A stretch of DNA of 64,000 nucleotides, taken from positions 5,000 through 68,999 of the forward strand of contig JALRCR010000002.1 of NCBI GenBank assembly GCA_023257255.1, read 5' to 3'. This document shows positions 23,895 through 32,625 of the stretch, piece by piece; position 1 is the first letter of the stretch; each line of letters begins with the position of its first letter. Both the position numbers and the translations under genes were made by a program. The notes under the pieces were generated by a model that did not search any database, was not told the origin of the DNA, and worked only from the letters and a program-made list of their open reading frames with translations. The DNA is from Gammaproteobacteria bacterium (lineage in GTDB: Bacteria; Pseudomonadota; Gammaproteobacteria; Ga0077536).

Positions 23895-26372
23895 TCAGCG
23901 GAACGGCTTCCACATGAGGATCAGTTTGGGCATCAGGGTCAGCGCGCCCAGAATAGCCACCGTCATCGCGACTGTCGTCAGGATGCCGAAGATGATGCTG
24001 GGCACGAAGTTCGACATCACCAGAATCGAAAAACCGAAACACACCACCAGGGTGGTGTAGAAACCGGCTTTGGCGATATTGGAATGGCAGTAGTACATGG
24101 TGGCGACGCCGTCGCGCAGGCGCTGGAACTCCACGCCATAGCGATAGAGATAGTGGATGCAGTCTTCCACCGCGATGCCAATGGTCAGCGAGGCCACCAT
24201 GATGGTCATCATGTCGAGCGGAATGCCCATCCAGCCCATGAAGCCCAGCACGCCGCCGGCGGCGACGATGTTGGGGATCACGCCGATCAAGGCTGCAAGG
24301 AACGAGCGGAACAGCACCCACAGCACCAGCAGCACCCCGAGAATCGACCAGCCGAGCGAGGCAATCTGCGAGGAGAACAGGCTTTGCAGCATGTTGTTGT
24401 AGAGCACCAGCAGACCGACCATTTCGAACTCGTCGGACTTCAGTCCCAAATCGTGCTGCAGGCCGTCGCGGATTTGCTGAAGCAGCGCCTGCCGGCGCAG
24501 GTCGGGCATCGAATCGAGAATGCGCAGCGAGATCCGCGCCTCGTCGGCGTCGATCGAAATATAGGGCGAGATCATCTCGTCCTTGAGGTTGTCCGGCAGC
24601 CGCTTGTAGATGACGTTGAGTTCGAAAGGATCAAACTCGCGACCCTTGTTGAGGTCTTCGGCGACCCGCACCATCGACGCCAGCGAGGTGACTTTGCCCA
24701 CCCCGGGGATGGTTTCCAGATAGTCGTGAACCTGCTTGATGCGCGCCACTTTTTCGGGCGTGAACCAGTAGTCGGATTTTTGGGTCGGCTCGTCTTCAAA
24801 CATCGCAGACAGCTCGGCGTCTTCGCCTTCGGCGGTGGTAGCGCCGGCGTCGGTCGGCGGTGGCGGGAACTTCAACACGATATCGATAGGCGTGGTGCCG
24901 CCCAGAGTTTCATCGACCTGCTTGAGGCCTTGATAAATCTCCGTCGACTGCTTGAAGTAGTTGATGAAGCTGTTTTCGACTTCGAGCTTCAAGGTGCCCA
25001 TCACGCCCAGCACGGCGATCAGCATGCTGGCGCCGAGCACGATGCCACCGTGGCGGTCGGTAAACCGTGCCAGCGTTTGCGTGAAGCCGGCATTGCCTTC
25101 GTCGTTGACCTTGAGCGGGCGCTTTGCCATCAGCAGCATCACGCAGGGGATGAAGGTGAACAGCACGATGTAGACGATCACCAGACTGAGCGACATCATC
25201 CAGCCGAAGTCGACGATCGGCCGGATATCGCTGGTCGCCAGCGACGCAAAGCCCACGATGGAGGTCAGGTTGCTGTACAGACAGGGCTTGGCCATGTCGC
25301 GCGCGGTCATCCGCACCAGCTCAAACTGCGAGTAGTCGGGATGCTCGCGGTACAACTCCATGTAGTGAACGATCAAATGGATGTTGATGGAGATGGTGAG
25401 GATCAGGGTCAGCGCAATGAAGTTCGACGAGATGACCGTCAGCTCCCAGCCGACCAGCCCCAGCGTGCCCAGAATCACCACCGTGCAGTACACGCAGGTG
25501 GCGAGCGGAATCATCACCCAGCGTACTTCGCGGAACAGATAGCCCAGCATTGTGATCGCCAGCACCAGCGCTCCCAGACCAAAAACCATGATGTCGCTGC
25601 GCACGAAGCTGATGAGGTCGTTGGTGATCATCGGCAGGCCGCCGAGGTTGATCTGCGCCTGGTCCCGGTGCTTGTCGAGCACGCTGCGCACCTGCTCAAT
25701 GGCCGCGCGGTTGGTCTCTTCCAGTTGTCGCTTGCCCAGCTGGTAGGCGGGCTCCACCACCGCCAGACGCTCGGCCTCTTCCTTGCTGAGGGTGCCGGTG
25801 GCGCGCTTGTAGACCAGATCGCCGCGGTCAACGCGGATTTTTGCGAAGTCAGGATGGTCCTTGAACATCACCCGGATGGCGGTCGTCCGGCCGTCTTCGC
25901 TAATCGCCACCTTGCGATACAGCGGGCTTGAAAGCAGTTCTTCGCGCGCTTTCGCCAGATCCACTTCCGGAGATTCCAGCGTGCGGTATTTGGTTGCCAC
26001 TTCGGAGAGGCTGGCCTCGACGTTTTTCACCAGCGGCACGTCGAGAATGGTCAGCACCGATTCCACTTCCGGCAGGGCTTTCAAGTCGGCACGCAGGCTG
26101 GCAATGATGGCGCGCGAGGCGGGCTCGAACAGGTCGGCTTTGGGGGTCACGGTGACAAACAGGAAGTCGCGCGTCGGGTAGCGCTTGGTCATGTCGCGCC
26201 AGGCCTGGTAGTCGGCGTCGTTGTCGAGCAGCAGCGAGTCGGCCGAGGCATCGATGCGGAACTGGCTGATGCCGGCGCCAAACACCACCAGCAAGAGCGC
26301 CAGCGTCAGCAGGACGAGGCGGGGGTAGGCAAGGATGGTACGGTCGTAGAGGTCGGACAGGGCTCGCAGCAT
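23895..26372 (-). CDS. RND-superfamily exporter, COG1033/MMPL (HpnN-like) type
   Basis: 825 aa. Two repeats, each a soluble loop followed by a 5-6 TM bundle ('MVFGLGALVLAITMLGYLF', 'GVIPNIVAAGGVLGFMGWMGIPLDMMT'). Confidence 0.8.
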   Translation of the reverse strand: MLRALSDLYDRTILAYPRLVLLTLALLLVVFGAGISQFRIDASADSLLLDNDADYQAWRDMTKRYPTRDFLFVTVTPKADLFEPASRAIIASLRADLKALPEVESVLTILDVPLVKNVEASLSEVATKYRTLESPEVDLAKAREELLSSPLYRKVAISEDGRTTAIRVMFKDHPDFAKIRVDRGDLVYKRATGTLSKEEAERLAVVEPAYQLGKRQLEETNRAAIEQVRSVLDKHRDQAQINLGGLPMITNDLISFVRSDIMVFGLGALVLAITMLGYLFREVRWVMIPLATCVYCTVVILGTLGLVGWELTVISSNFIALTLILTISINIHLIVHYMELYREHPDYSQFELVRMTARDMAKPCLYSNLTSIVGFASLATSDIRPIVDFGWMMSLSLVIVYIVLFTFIPCVMLLMAKRPLKVNDEGNAGFTQTLARFTDRHGGIVLGASMLIAVLGVMGTLKLEVENSFINYFKQSTEIYQGLKQVDETLGGTTPIDIVLKFPPPPTDAGATTAEGEDAELSAMFEDEPTQKSDYWFTPEKVARIKQVHDYLETIPGVGKVTSLASMVRVAEDLNKGREFDPFELNVIYKRLPDNLKDEMISPYISIDADEARISLRILDSMPDLRRQALLQQIRDGLQHDLGLKSDEFEMVGLLVLYNNMLQSLFSSQIASLGWSILGVLLVLWVLFRSFLAALIGVIPNIVAAGGVLGFMGWMGIPLDMMTIMVASLTIGIAVEDCIHYLYRYGVEFQRLRDGVATMYYCHSNIAKAGFYTTLVVCFGFSILVMSNFVPSIIFGILTTVAMTVAILGALTLMPKLILMWKPFR

Positions 26373-26475
26373 GGCACTCGGAAACGCGTTGGGGTTGAGG
26401 GGCTTGGCGGGCGCATTGTACGGCCGCCGGCGCCCCGCGCCGAGTGATTCCTGAGCCGGCGCGCGGGCGCGCTCG

Positions 26476-27333
26476 TTAACGCGCCTGCTGCAGGGCCTCG
26501 ATCCGCTCGCTCAAGGGCGGATGGGTGGCAAACAGGTGGGCCAGACCGCCCAGCATGTTGCCGCTGATGCCAAAGGCGGCCATTTCGGCCGGCAGCGGCG
26601 CGGTCTGCCCCCGACGCAGGCGCTCGAGGGCGGCGATCATCTTCATCCGGCCGGCGAGGCTGGCGCCACCGGTATCCGCCCGGAACTCGCGCTGCCGCGA
26701 GAACCAGCACACCACGATGGACGCCAGCACGCCCAGCACCGACTGCGCCAGCATGTAACCAAGAAAGTAGCCCATGCCACGCTGGCCGTCGCGGTTGTCG
26801 CGGTCGAGGAAGCTTGCAATCAGGTTGGCAAAGACCATCACGAAGGTGTTAACCACGCCCTGAATCAGCGTCAGCGTCACCATGTCGCCGTTAGCGACGT
26901 GGGCCACTTCATGGCCCAGCACGGCTTCGGCCTCGTCCTGCGTCATCTGCTGGAGCAAGCCCGTGCTGACCGCGACCAGCGCGTGATTGCGGTCGGAGCC
27001 GGTGGCAAAGGCATTGGGCGTCGGGGAATCAAAAATGGCCACGTCCGGCATGCCGATACCGGCCTGTTTGGCCTGACGGGCGACGGTGTCCACCAGCCAG
27101 CGTTCGGTCGGTGAGGCGGGGTTGGCGATTAACTGCGCGCCGGTGGAGCGTAGCGCCATCGACTTTGACAGCAGCAAGGAAATGAACGAGCCGCCCATGC
27201 CGATGAGCGCGGTCATGAAGAGCCAGGGCAGGGTGTTCGTGCCGGTCCGATTGAGGCCCAGCAGCTGGAGGACCACCGAGAGCACCAGCACGACCGCGAG
27301 GTTGGTGCCTAGGAAGAGGAATAAACGATTCAT
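26476..27333 (-). CDS. htpX: zinc metalloprotease HtpX (M48)
   Basis: Start at ATG 27333 (GGAGG upstream). 'MNRLFLFLGTNLAVVLVL' and the 'HEVAHVANGDM' HExxH motif. Confidence 0.9.
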   Translation of the reverse strand: MNRLFLFLGTNLAVVLVLSVVLQLLGLNRTGTNTLPWLFMTALIGMGGSFISLLLSKSMALRSTGAQLIANPASPTERWLVDTVARQAKQAGIGMPDVAIFDSPTPNAFATGSDRNHALVAVSTGLLQQMTQDEAEAVLGHEVAHVANGDMVTLTLIQGVVNTFVMVFANLIASFLDRDNRDGQRGMGYFLGYMLAQSVLGVLASIVVCWFSRQREFRADTGGASLAGRMKMIAALERLRRGQTAPLPAEMAAFGISGNMLGGLAHLFATHPPLSERIEALQQAR

Positions 27334-27433
27334 CAGGGATACCTCCGGGCCACGCGCAGGGCGGGGCCGCATTGTACTCAGCGCAACCCGGGTGTCATGA
27401 TGCGGTGCCTCATTTACTCCGTCGACAGCCTGC

Positions 27434-28228
27434 ATGGATCAGCGACGCGCCGCCGAATTTCTCGCTTTTTTGCCCGAACTGGCCGCGCTTGCGGCGGCTG
27501 TCGTGCTGCCCCGTTTCCGCGCGCCGCTGCCCGTGACCGACAAGGGCGGCCTGCGCTTCGACCCCGTCACCGAAGCCGACCGCGAAGCCGAGCGGGTCAT
27601 CCGCGAGGCCATCCTTGCCCGCTATCCGGACCACGGCGTGTTGGGCGAGGAGTTTGGCAATCAGGCCGGCACCAGCGCCTGCCGCTGGGTCATCGATCCG
27701 ATCGACGGCACGCGCGCGTTCATCAGCGGGGTGCCGACCTGGGGCACGCTGGTGGCGCTGTGCGAAGACGACCGTCCGGTGCTGGGCATGATGAGCCAGC
27801 CCTTCGTGCAGGAGATTTTTCTGGGCGGTCCGGCCGGTGCCTGGCTGTTGCGTGGCGGCGAGCAGCAGCCCTTGCGCGTACGCCAGGGCGTGGCGCTGGC
27901 GCAGGCCTCGGTGTTTGCCACCACGCCAGAGATGTTTAGCCCTGAGGAACTCGCCGCCTTCAATCAGGTGTCGGCCGCCGCGCGCCTCACGCGCTTTGGC
28001 ATCGACTGCTACGCCTACTGCCTGCTGGCGGCGGGGCATATTGATCTGGTGGTCGAGGCCGGGCTGGGCTACTACGACATCGCGCCGCTCATCCCCATCA
28101 TCGAAGGCGCGGGCGGTATCGTCAGCGACTGGCAGGGCGCGCCGGTCCGCAGTGGCGGGCGGGTCATCGCCGCCGCCAGCGCGAGTCTGCACACCGAGGC
28201 GCTGGCCCTGCTGGCCAATGTCGACTGA
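27434..28228 (+). CDS. inositol-monophosphatase-family phosphatase (possibly histidinol-phosphatase HisN)
   Basis: 264 aa. 'DPVTEADREAERVIREAI', 'GEEFG', 'WVIDPIDGTRAFISGVPTWGTLVAL'. Confidence 0.8.
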   Translation: MDQRRAAEFLAFLPELAALAAAVVLPRFRAPLPVTDKGGLRFDPVTEADREAERVIREAILARYPDHGVLGEEFGNQAGTSACRWVIDPIDGTRAFISGVPTWGTLVALCEDDRPVLGMMSQPFVQEIFLGGPAGAWLLRGGEQQPLRVRQGVALAQASVFATTPEMFSPEELAAFNQVSAAARLTRFGIDCYAYCLLAAGHIDLVVEAGLGYYDIAPLIPIIEGAGGIVSDWQGAPVRSGGRVIAAASASLHTEALALLANVD

Positions 28229-29261
28229 AGTCGCTGCCACCGCGCCGCGTATCGCGGTGTGCATTGGGCGTTTCCAGCCCGTCACCCGTCGGCATCTGTT
28301 TCTGATCGAGGCGGCCTTGGCCGCCTATGACCGGGTCGTGGTGCTGTGTGCCGGGGCGGCGCAGCCCTGCGATCCGCCCAACGCTTGGTCGCTGCCGCAG
28401 CGTCTGGCGATGCTGGCGGCCTGTCTGCCCGACCCGCGCTGCCGGGTGCTGGCGCTTGCAGATTGCTGGTACGAGGACAGCCGCTGGGCCGCGCGCGTCG
28501 AGGCGCTGGTCGCAGACGCCTGTGCGGTATCCGGCCTACCCCCTGCCTCAGGTCAGGTCGCCTGCCTCGGGCTCGAACGCGCTACGCCTGACTACTACGC
28601 CACGCTGTTCCCGCACTGGCAGGCGCTCGCGCCGGATCCCGCCGCGCCGCCCCATGCCGATGATCTGGGCCCGCGCCTGCTGGCGGCCGCGCCGGCCGCC
28701 CGCGCGGCGCTGTTGGCGAGCGAGATCCCGGCGGCCGCGCAGGCGCTGGTCGCCGCGCTCTGGGATTCGCCGGTGGCCGAGGCACTGGCGATCGAACAGG
28801 CGTTCATTGGGGAGTACCGCCAGCGCTGGGCGGCGGCGCCGTTTCCGCCAGTATTTGTCACCGTGGACACGCTGGTGCTCTGGCGGGACCAGATTCTGTT
28901 GGTGCGGCGGGGGCGACTGCCGGGCGTTGGCCTGCTGGCCTTGCCCGGCGGTTTTCTCGACCCCGGCGAGTCGCTGGCCGAGGCTGCACGACGCGAACTC
29001 GCCGAAGAGACCGGCCTGACACTCCGCGACGCGCCGCTGGCGCAGGCGGTGCGGGTATTCGACCATCCCTTGCGCTCAAGGCGCGGCAGGACCATTACCC
29101 ACGTGTGGCATTTCGACCTTTCGGCGCTGCCCGCGCCGCCCCAGGTGGCCGGTGGCGACGATGCCGCCGAGGCCCGCTGGGTCCCTCTGGCCGAACTTAC
29201 AGCCAGCGCGTTTTTTGAAGACCACTACGCCATTCTGCAAACCATGCTGGGGCTGGACTAG
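28218..29261 (+). CDS. bifunctional NadM-type nicotinamide-nucleotide adenylyltransferase / Nudix hydrolase
   Basis: Start at ATG 28218, with an 11-nt overlap on the upstream gene. 'IAVCIGRFQPVTRRH'. Nudix box 'GGFLDPGESLAEAARRELAEETGL'. Confidence 0.7.
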   Translation: MSTEVAATAPRIAVCIGRFQPVTRRHLFLIEAALAAYDRVVVLCAGAAQPCDPPNAWSLPQRLAMLAACLPDPRCRVLALADCWYEDSRWAARVEALVADACAVSGLPPASGQVACLGLERATPDYYATLFPHWQALAPDPAAPPHADDLGPRLLAAAPAARAALLASEIPAAAQALVAALWDSPVAEALAIEQAFIGEYRQRWAAAPFPPVFVTVDTLVLWRDQILLVRRGRLPGVGLLALPGGFLDPGESLAEAARRELAEETGLTLRDAPLAQAVRVFDHPLRSRRGRTITHVWHFDLSALPAPPQVAGGDDAAEARWVPLAELTASAFFEDHYAILQTMLGLD

Positions 29262-29265
29262 GTCG

Positions 29266-30564
29266 ATGCGACGGCGAGCGAATGCCGCGCGCGCCATACT
29301 GCTCGTGCTGCTCGTGCTGCTTGGCACCGGCCCAGCCAGTGCGGCCGTATCCAGCTGGCGCGAACTCGTGCGCGAGATGAGTCGCCGCCCGCCGGATGAG
29401 CAAAAAATGTTCGCGGCGCTGGCGCTGAATCAGCTTATTGCGCGTCACGAGCACGAAATCGGGCGCGCCGCGCGCGGTAAAGCGCAGGGCTGGCAGCGCG
29501 GCATGCGCAGCTACATCGCCCGCCTCGAGGAGATGGCCAGACTGGTCGACGCCGGCGAACCGGTCCGGATGGTGCGCGAGGCGGGCGGTGAGGTGCGGAT
29601 GATCGTGGGTCATCGTCAGGCGATGCTGGCCACCGCCAACCCGGGCGGGCAGGGCGCTTACGAGCGCGCGGTGCTGGAGGCCTGGTGCGCCAGCGCGGAT
29701 TGCACCGGCGGTGGCGCGCTCGCCGCCACGGCGCCGGTAGCGCCGGCTGCCGGGGTGCCGCCAGCGCCGTCGGGGTCCGCGATCGACGCGACCCGGTTGC
29801 AGGCGGCACCGTCGGCGCCGGTCGTCGTGCTGGACGCCCCCGCCCCGGTCGCCGCAGTCGCGGCGGCCCAGAGTCCCGTCGAGACCGCCACGCCAACGGC
29901 GGTGGTCAAGAGTTTTGCGGCCGGCGAACGCCCGGCGGTCGCGCCCGCCACCGCGCTGCCTGCGGTGCAGCCGCCACCGCCTGCGCCGCCCGCCGGCGTC
30001 GCGGTGGCCGAAACCCCGGCCGTCCCCGTGCATCCGCTGGCGACGCCCGTTCCCGCCCCACCGGCCAGCGCCGAAGCGCCCGCCGTCCGCCCCACCGTCA
30101 GGCTGTCACCGACCGTTGAGGCACCGGCCGCGGAGAACGTGCGCGGCAACTGGTCTTTCGGCGATCGCGCGCCACCGCTGTATGCCGCCGAAGACGGCCT
30201 GCAGTGCGCGTTCGCCGACCTGCGGCATCTGAAACTGAAACAGGCGGCCTGCGCGGCGGTGATGACGGAGTTGCGCGAACTGCTGGCGCTGCTCCGCCGG
30301 GAAACCCGCGACGGCAGCCGGGTGGCGTGGGCGCAACTCAGTCTGCGCCCGGCCGGTGCCGAGGCGCCGGCCTTGTTGCAACTCGCGCCGGGACAACGGC
30401 CGATTCCATTCACGGCGCCCTATCTGACGGCCGCGCCGGAAGTGCTGGCCAGCGCCCGCGACTGGCTGCAGGCACGCCTTGCCGGGCAGCCGGCGGTGTG
30501 TCGCATCAACGCCCCGGAAGCCCTCGGCTACCTCACACCGCCGACGCTGGTCAGTGCGCCCTGA
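29266..30564 (+). CDS. secreted hypothetical protein with a long Ala/Pro-rich central linker
   Basis: Start at ATG 29266. Signal peptide 'AILLVLLVLLGTGPASAA'. Folded-looking N- and C-terminal regions are separated by about 170 aa of A/P/V-rich sequence. Confidence 0.55.
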   Translation: MRRRANAARAILLVLLVLLGTGPASAAVSSWRELVREMSRRPPDEQKMFAALALNQLIARHEHEIGRAARGKAQGWQRGMRSYIARLEEMARLVDAGEPVRMVREAGGEVRMIVGHRQAMLATANPGGQGAYERAVLEAWCASADCTGGGALAATAPVAPAAGVPPAPSGSAIDATRLQAAPSAPVVVLDAPAPVAAVAAAQSPVETATPTAVVKSFAAGERPAVAPATALPAVQPPPPAPPAGVAVAETPAVPVHPLATPVPAPPASAEAPAVRPTVRLSPTVEAPAAENVRGNWSFGDRAPPLYAAEDGLQCAFADLRHLKLKQAACAAVMTELRELLALLRRETRDGSRVAWAQLSLRPAGAEAPALLQLAPGQRPIPFTAPYLTAAPEVLASARDWLQARLAGQPAVCRINAPEALGYLTPPTLVSAP

Positions 30565-30612
30565 TGGCGCCTTCGTTGGCCCAATTCCCCGCCTTATGCC
30601 ACAGGAGGCCCC

Positions 30613-31365
30613 ATGCGACTCGCGGGTAAAAAAATAGTCATCACCGGCGCCAGCAGCGGCATCGGTCGCGCGGTCGCCGAGGCCTGCGCCCGCGAAGGCG
30701 CGGCGGTGGTGCTGAACTACCGTCGCTCAGCGGAGGCGGCCGAGGCTAGCGCGGCCCGTCTGCGTGCCGCCGGCGCGCAGGCCTACGCCCTCGGCGGTGA
30801 TGTGGGCGATCCGGCAGCGGTCGATGCGCTGGTGCGTGACTCGCACCGGGTGCTGGGCGGGATCGACGGCTGGTGCAATATCGCGGGCGCCGACATCCTG
30901 ACCGGCGAGGGCGCCCGTCTGAGCGATCTGGAAAAGCTGGCGCGGCTGATCGACACCGATCTGCGCGGCACCATGCTGTGCGGCTGGGCGGTGGCGCCGC
31001 TGCTGCGCGAGCGCGGCGGTTGTCTGCTGAATACCTCCTGGGATCTCGCGCTCCACGGCATGGGCGGGCGTAATCCCGAAATGTTTGCGGCGGTGAAAGC
31101 CGGGATCACCGGCTTTACGCGTGCGCTGGCCCGCTCGCTCGCGCCGGCGGTGCGGGTGAACGAGATTGCGCCGGGCTGGATTGCGACCGCCTTTGCCGAA
31201 CAGGACATGGACCCGGCCTACCGCGCCGGCGTGGAGGCGGCGACGCCGCTGGCGCGTTTCGGGCGGGTGGAGGACGTGGCTTCGGCGGCGGTGTTTTTGC
31301 TGTCTGACGAGGCCGCGTTCATCACCGGCCAGACGCTGAAAGTGAACGGCGGCCTGTCGAGCTGA
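30613..31365 (+). CDS. short-chain dehydrogenase/reductase (SDR)
   Basis: 250 aa. 'ITGASSGIGRA', 'NIAGA', and a C-terminal 'ITGQTLKVNGG'. Confidence 0.85.
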   Translation: MRLAGKKIVITGASSGIGRAVAEACAREGAAVVLNYRRSAEAAEASAARLRAAGAQAYALGGDVGDPAAVDALVRDSHRVLGGIDGWCNIAGADILTGEGARLSDLEKLARLIDTDLRGTMLCGWAVAPLLRERGGCLLNTSWDLALHGMGGRNPEMFAAVKAGITGFTRALARSLAPAVRVNEIAPGWIATAFAEQDMDPAYRAGVEAATPLARFGRVEDVASAAVFLLSDEAAFITGQTLKVNGGLSS

Positions 31366-31371
31366 GGCGGC

Positions 31372-32625
31372 CTAGAGGTCGCGTGCGAGGCGCAGGCCGG
31401 CAAAGGCCCAGCGCTGATGCGGATAGAAAAAATTGCGATAGGTCGTCCGCACGTGGCCGGGCGGCGTCACGCAGCCGCCGCCGCGCAACACGAACTGGCT
31501 GGCCATGAATTTACCGTTGTACTCCGCCACCACGCCGGCCAGCGGGCGGAAACCGGGGTATGGCGAGTAGGCGCTGCTGGTCCATTCCCAGACGTCGCCA
31601 AACATCTGCCGCAGGCCGCTGGTGTGCGCCGCCGCCGGGCGGGGTTGCAGGCCATCCAGCTGAAGCAGATTGCCTTCGACCGGCAGCGCGCGCGCCGCAT
31701 GTTCCCATTCAAACTCGGTCGGCAGGCGGGCGCCGGCCCAGCGGGCATAGGCGTCGGCTTCGTAGAGACTGAGATGGCAGACGGGTGCTGCGAGGTCGAG
31801 CGGCGCGTTGCCGCCGAGGGTGAACTCGCGTTCGCCTGCGTCGTCCAGCCAGTAGGCGGGACGCGTCCATTGTTCGCGCTGCACGGTGCTCCAGCCGTCA
31901 GCCAGCCACAGGCCAGGTTGGCGATAGCCGCCGTCGAGGATGAAGGCCAGAAACTCGCCGTTGGTCACCGCACGGCTGGCCAGCGCGTAGGGCGCCAGAT
32001 AGTGCCGGTGCTGCGGGCGCTCGTTGTCGAAGGCAAAGCCGTCCGATGCGTTGCCGATGTCCACCACCCCACCGGACTGCGCTTCCCAGCGCAGCGGCGC
32101 GACGGCAGCGGGCGGCGGGGCTGACAACGGGCGATACGCCGGCGCCAGCGGATTGCAGGCGAAGAGATGTTTCAAATCCATCAACAGCAGCTCCTGATGC
32201 TGTTGTTCGTGATGCAGACCCAGTTCAACCAGTCGCGCGAGCGGCTCGGGCAAGCCTTGTGTGAGGAGCGCCAGAAGTTGCTGGTCGATGTGCTGGCGGT
32301 AATCGAGAACCTCGGCCAGACCCGGGCGGGTAATCAGGCCGCGCTGGGGGCGTGCGAACTGCGGCCCCACCGCCTGATAGTAGGAGTTGAACAGCTCGCG
32401 ATAGCCGGGGAACGGCGAGCGGTAGCCGGGGATTGCCGCTTCCAGCACGACCGTCTCGAAAAACCAGGTGGTGTGCGCCAGATGCCATTTGGCCGGGCTG
32501 GCGTCGGGCATGGACTGCGCGGCGGCATCTTCGGGCGAGAGCGGGGCGATCAGCTGTGTGCTGAGGTCGCGGACGGCGCGGAAGGCGGCGGCGAGCCGGT
32601 CGGGGGCGAGCGCGGGCATGCTCAT
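31372..32625 (-). CDS. egtB: EgtB-type sulfoxide synthase (DinB-like + FGE-sulfatase domains)
   Basis: 417 aa. 'AKWHLAHTTWFFE', 'GLHHEQQHQELL', 'GDVWEWTSSAYSPYPGF', 'RGGGCVTPPGHVRTTYRNFF'. Confidence 0.8.
   Translation of the reverse strand: MSMPALAPDRLAAAFRAVRDLSTQLIAPLSPEDAAAQSMPDASPAKWHLAHTTWFFETVVLEAAIPGYRSPFPGYRELFNSYYQAVGPQFARPQRGLITRPGLAEVLDYRQHIDQQLLALLTQGLPEPLARLVELGLHHEQQHQELLLMDLKHLFACNPLAPAYRPLSAPPPAAVAPLRWEAQSGGVVDIGNASDGFAFDNERPQHRHYLAPYALASRAVTNGEFLAFILDGGYRQPGLWLADGWSTVQREQWTRPAYWLDDAGEREFTLGGNAPLDLAAPVCHLSLYEADAYARWAGARLPTEFEWEHAARALPVEGNLLQLDGLQPRPAAAHTSGLRQMFGDVWEWTSSAYSPYPGFRPLAGVVAEYNGKFMASQFVLRGGGCVTPPGHVRTTYRNFFYPHQRWAFAGLRLARDL

Noticed and set aside
22394-23917. 507-aa ORF on the plus strand
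   Set aside because: It is antisense to the SBP56/mtoX gene, which has a signal peptide, an RBS and family motifs. This is a shadow ORF.
23802-25931. 709-aa ORF on the plus strand
   Set aside because: It is antisense to the RND/MMPL exporter. The sequence is His/Asp/Gly/Arg/Gln low-complexity with no TM helices or motifs.
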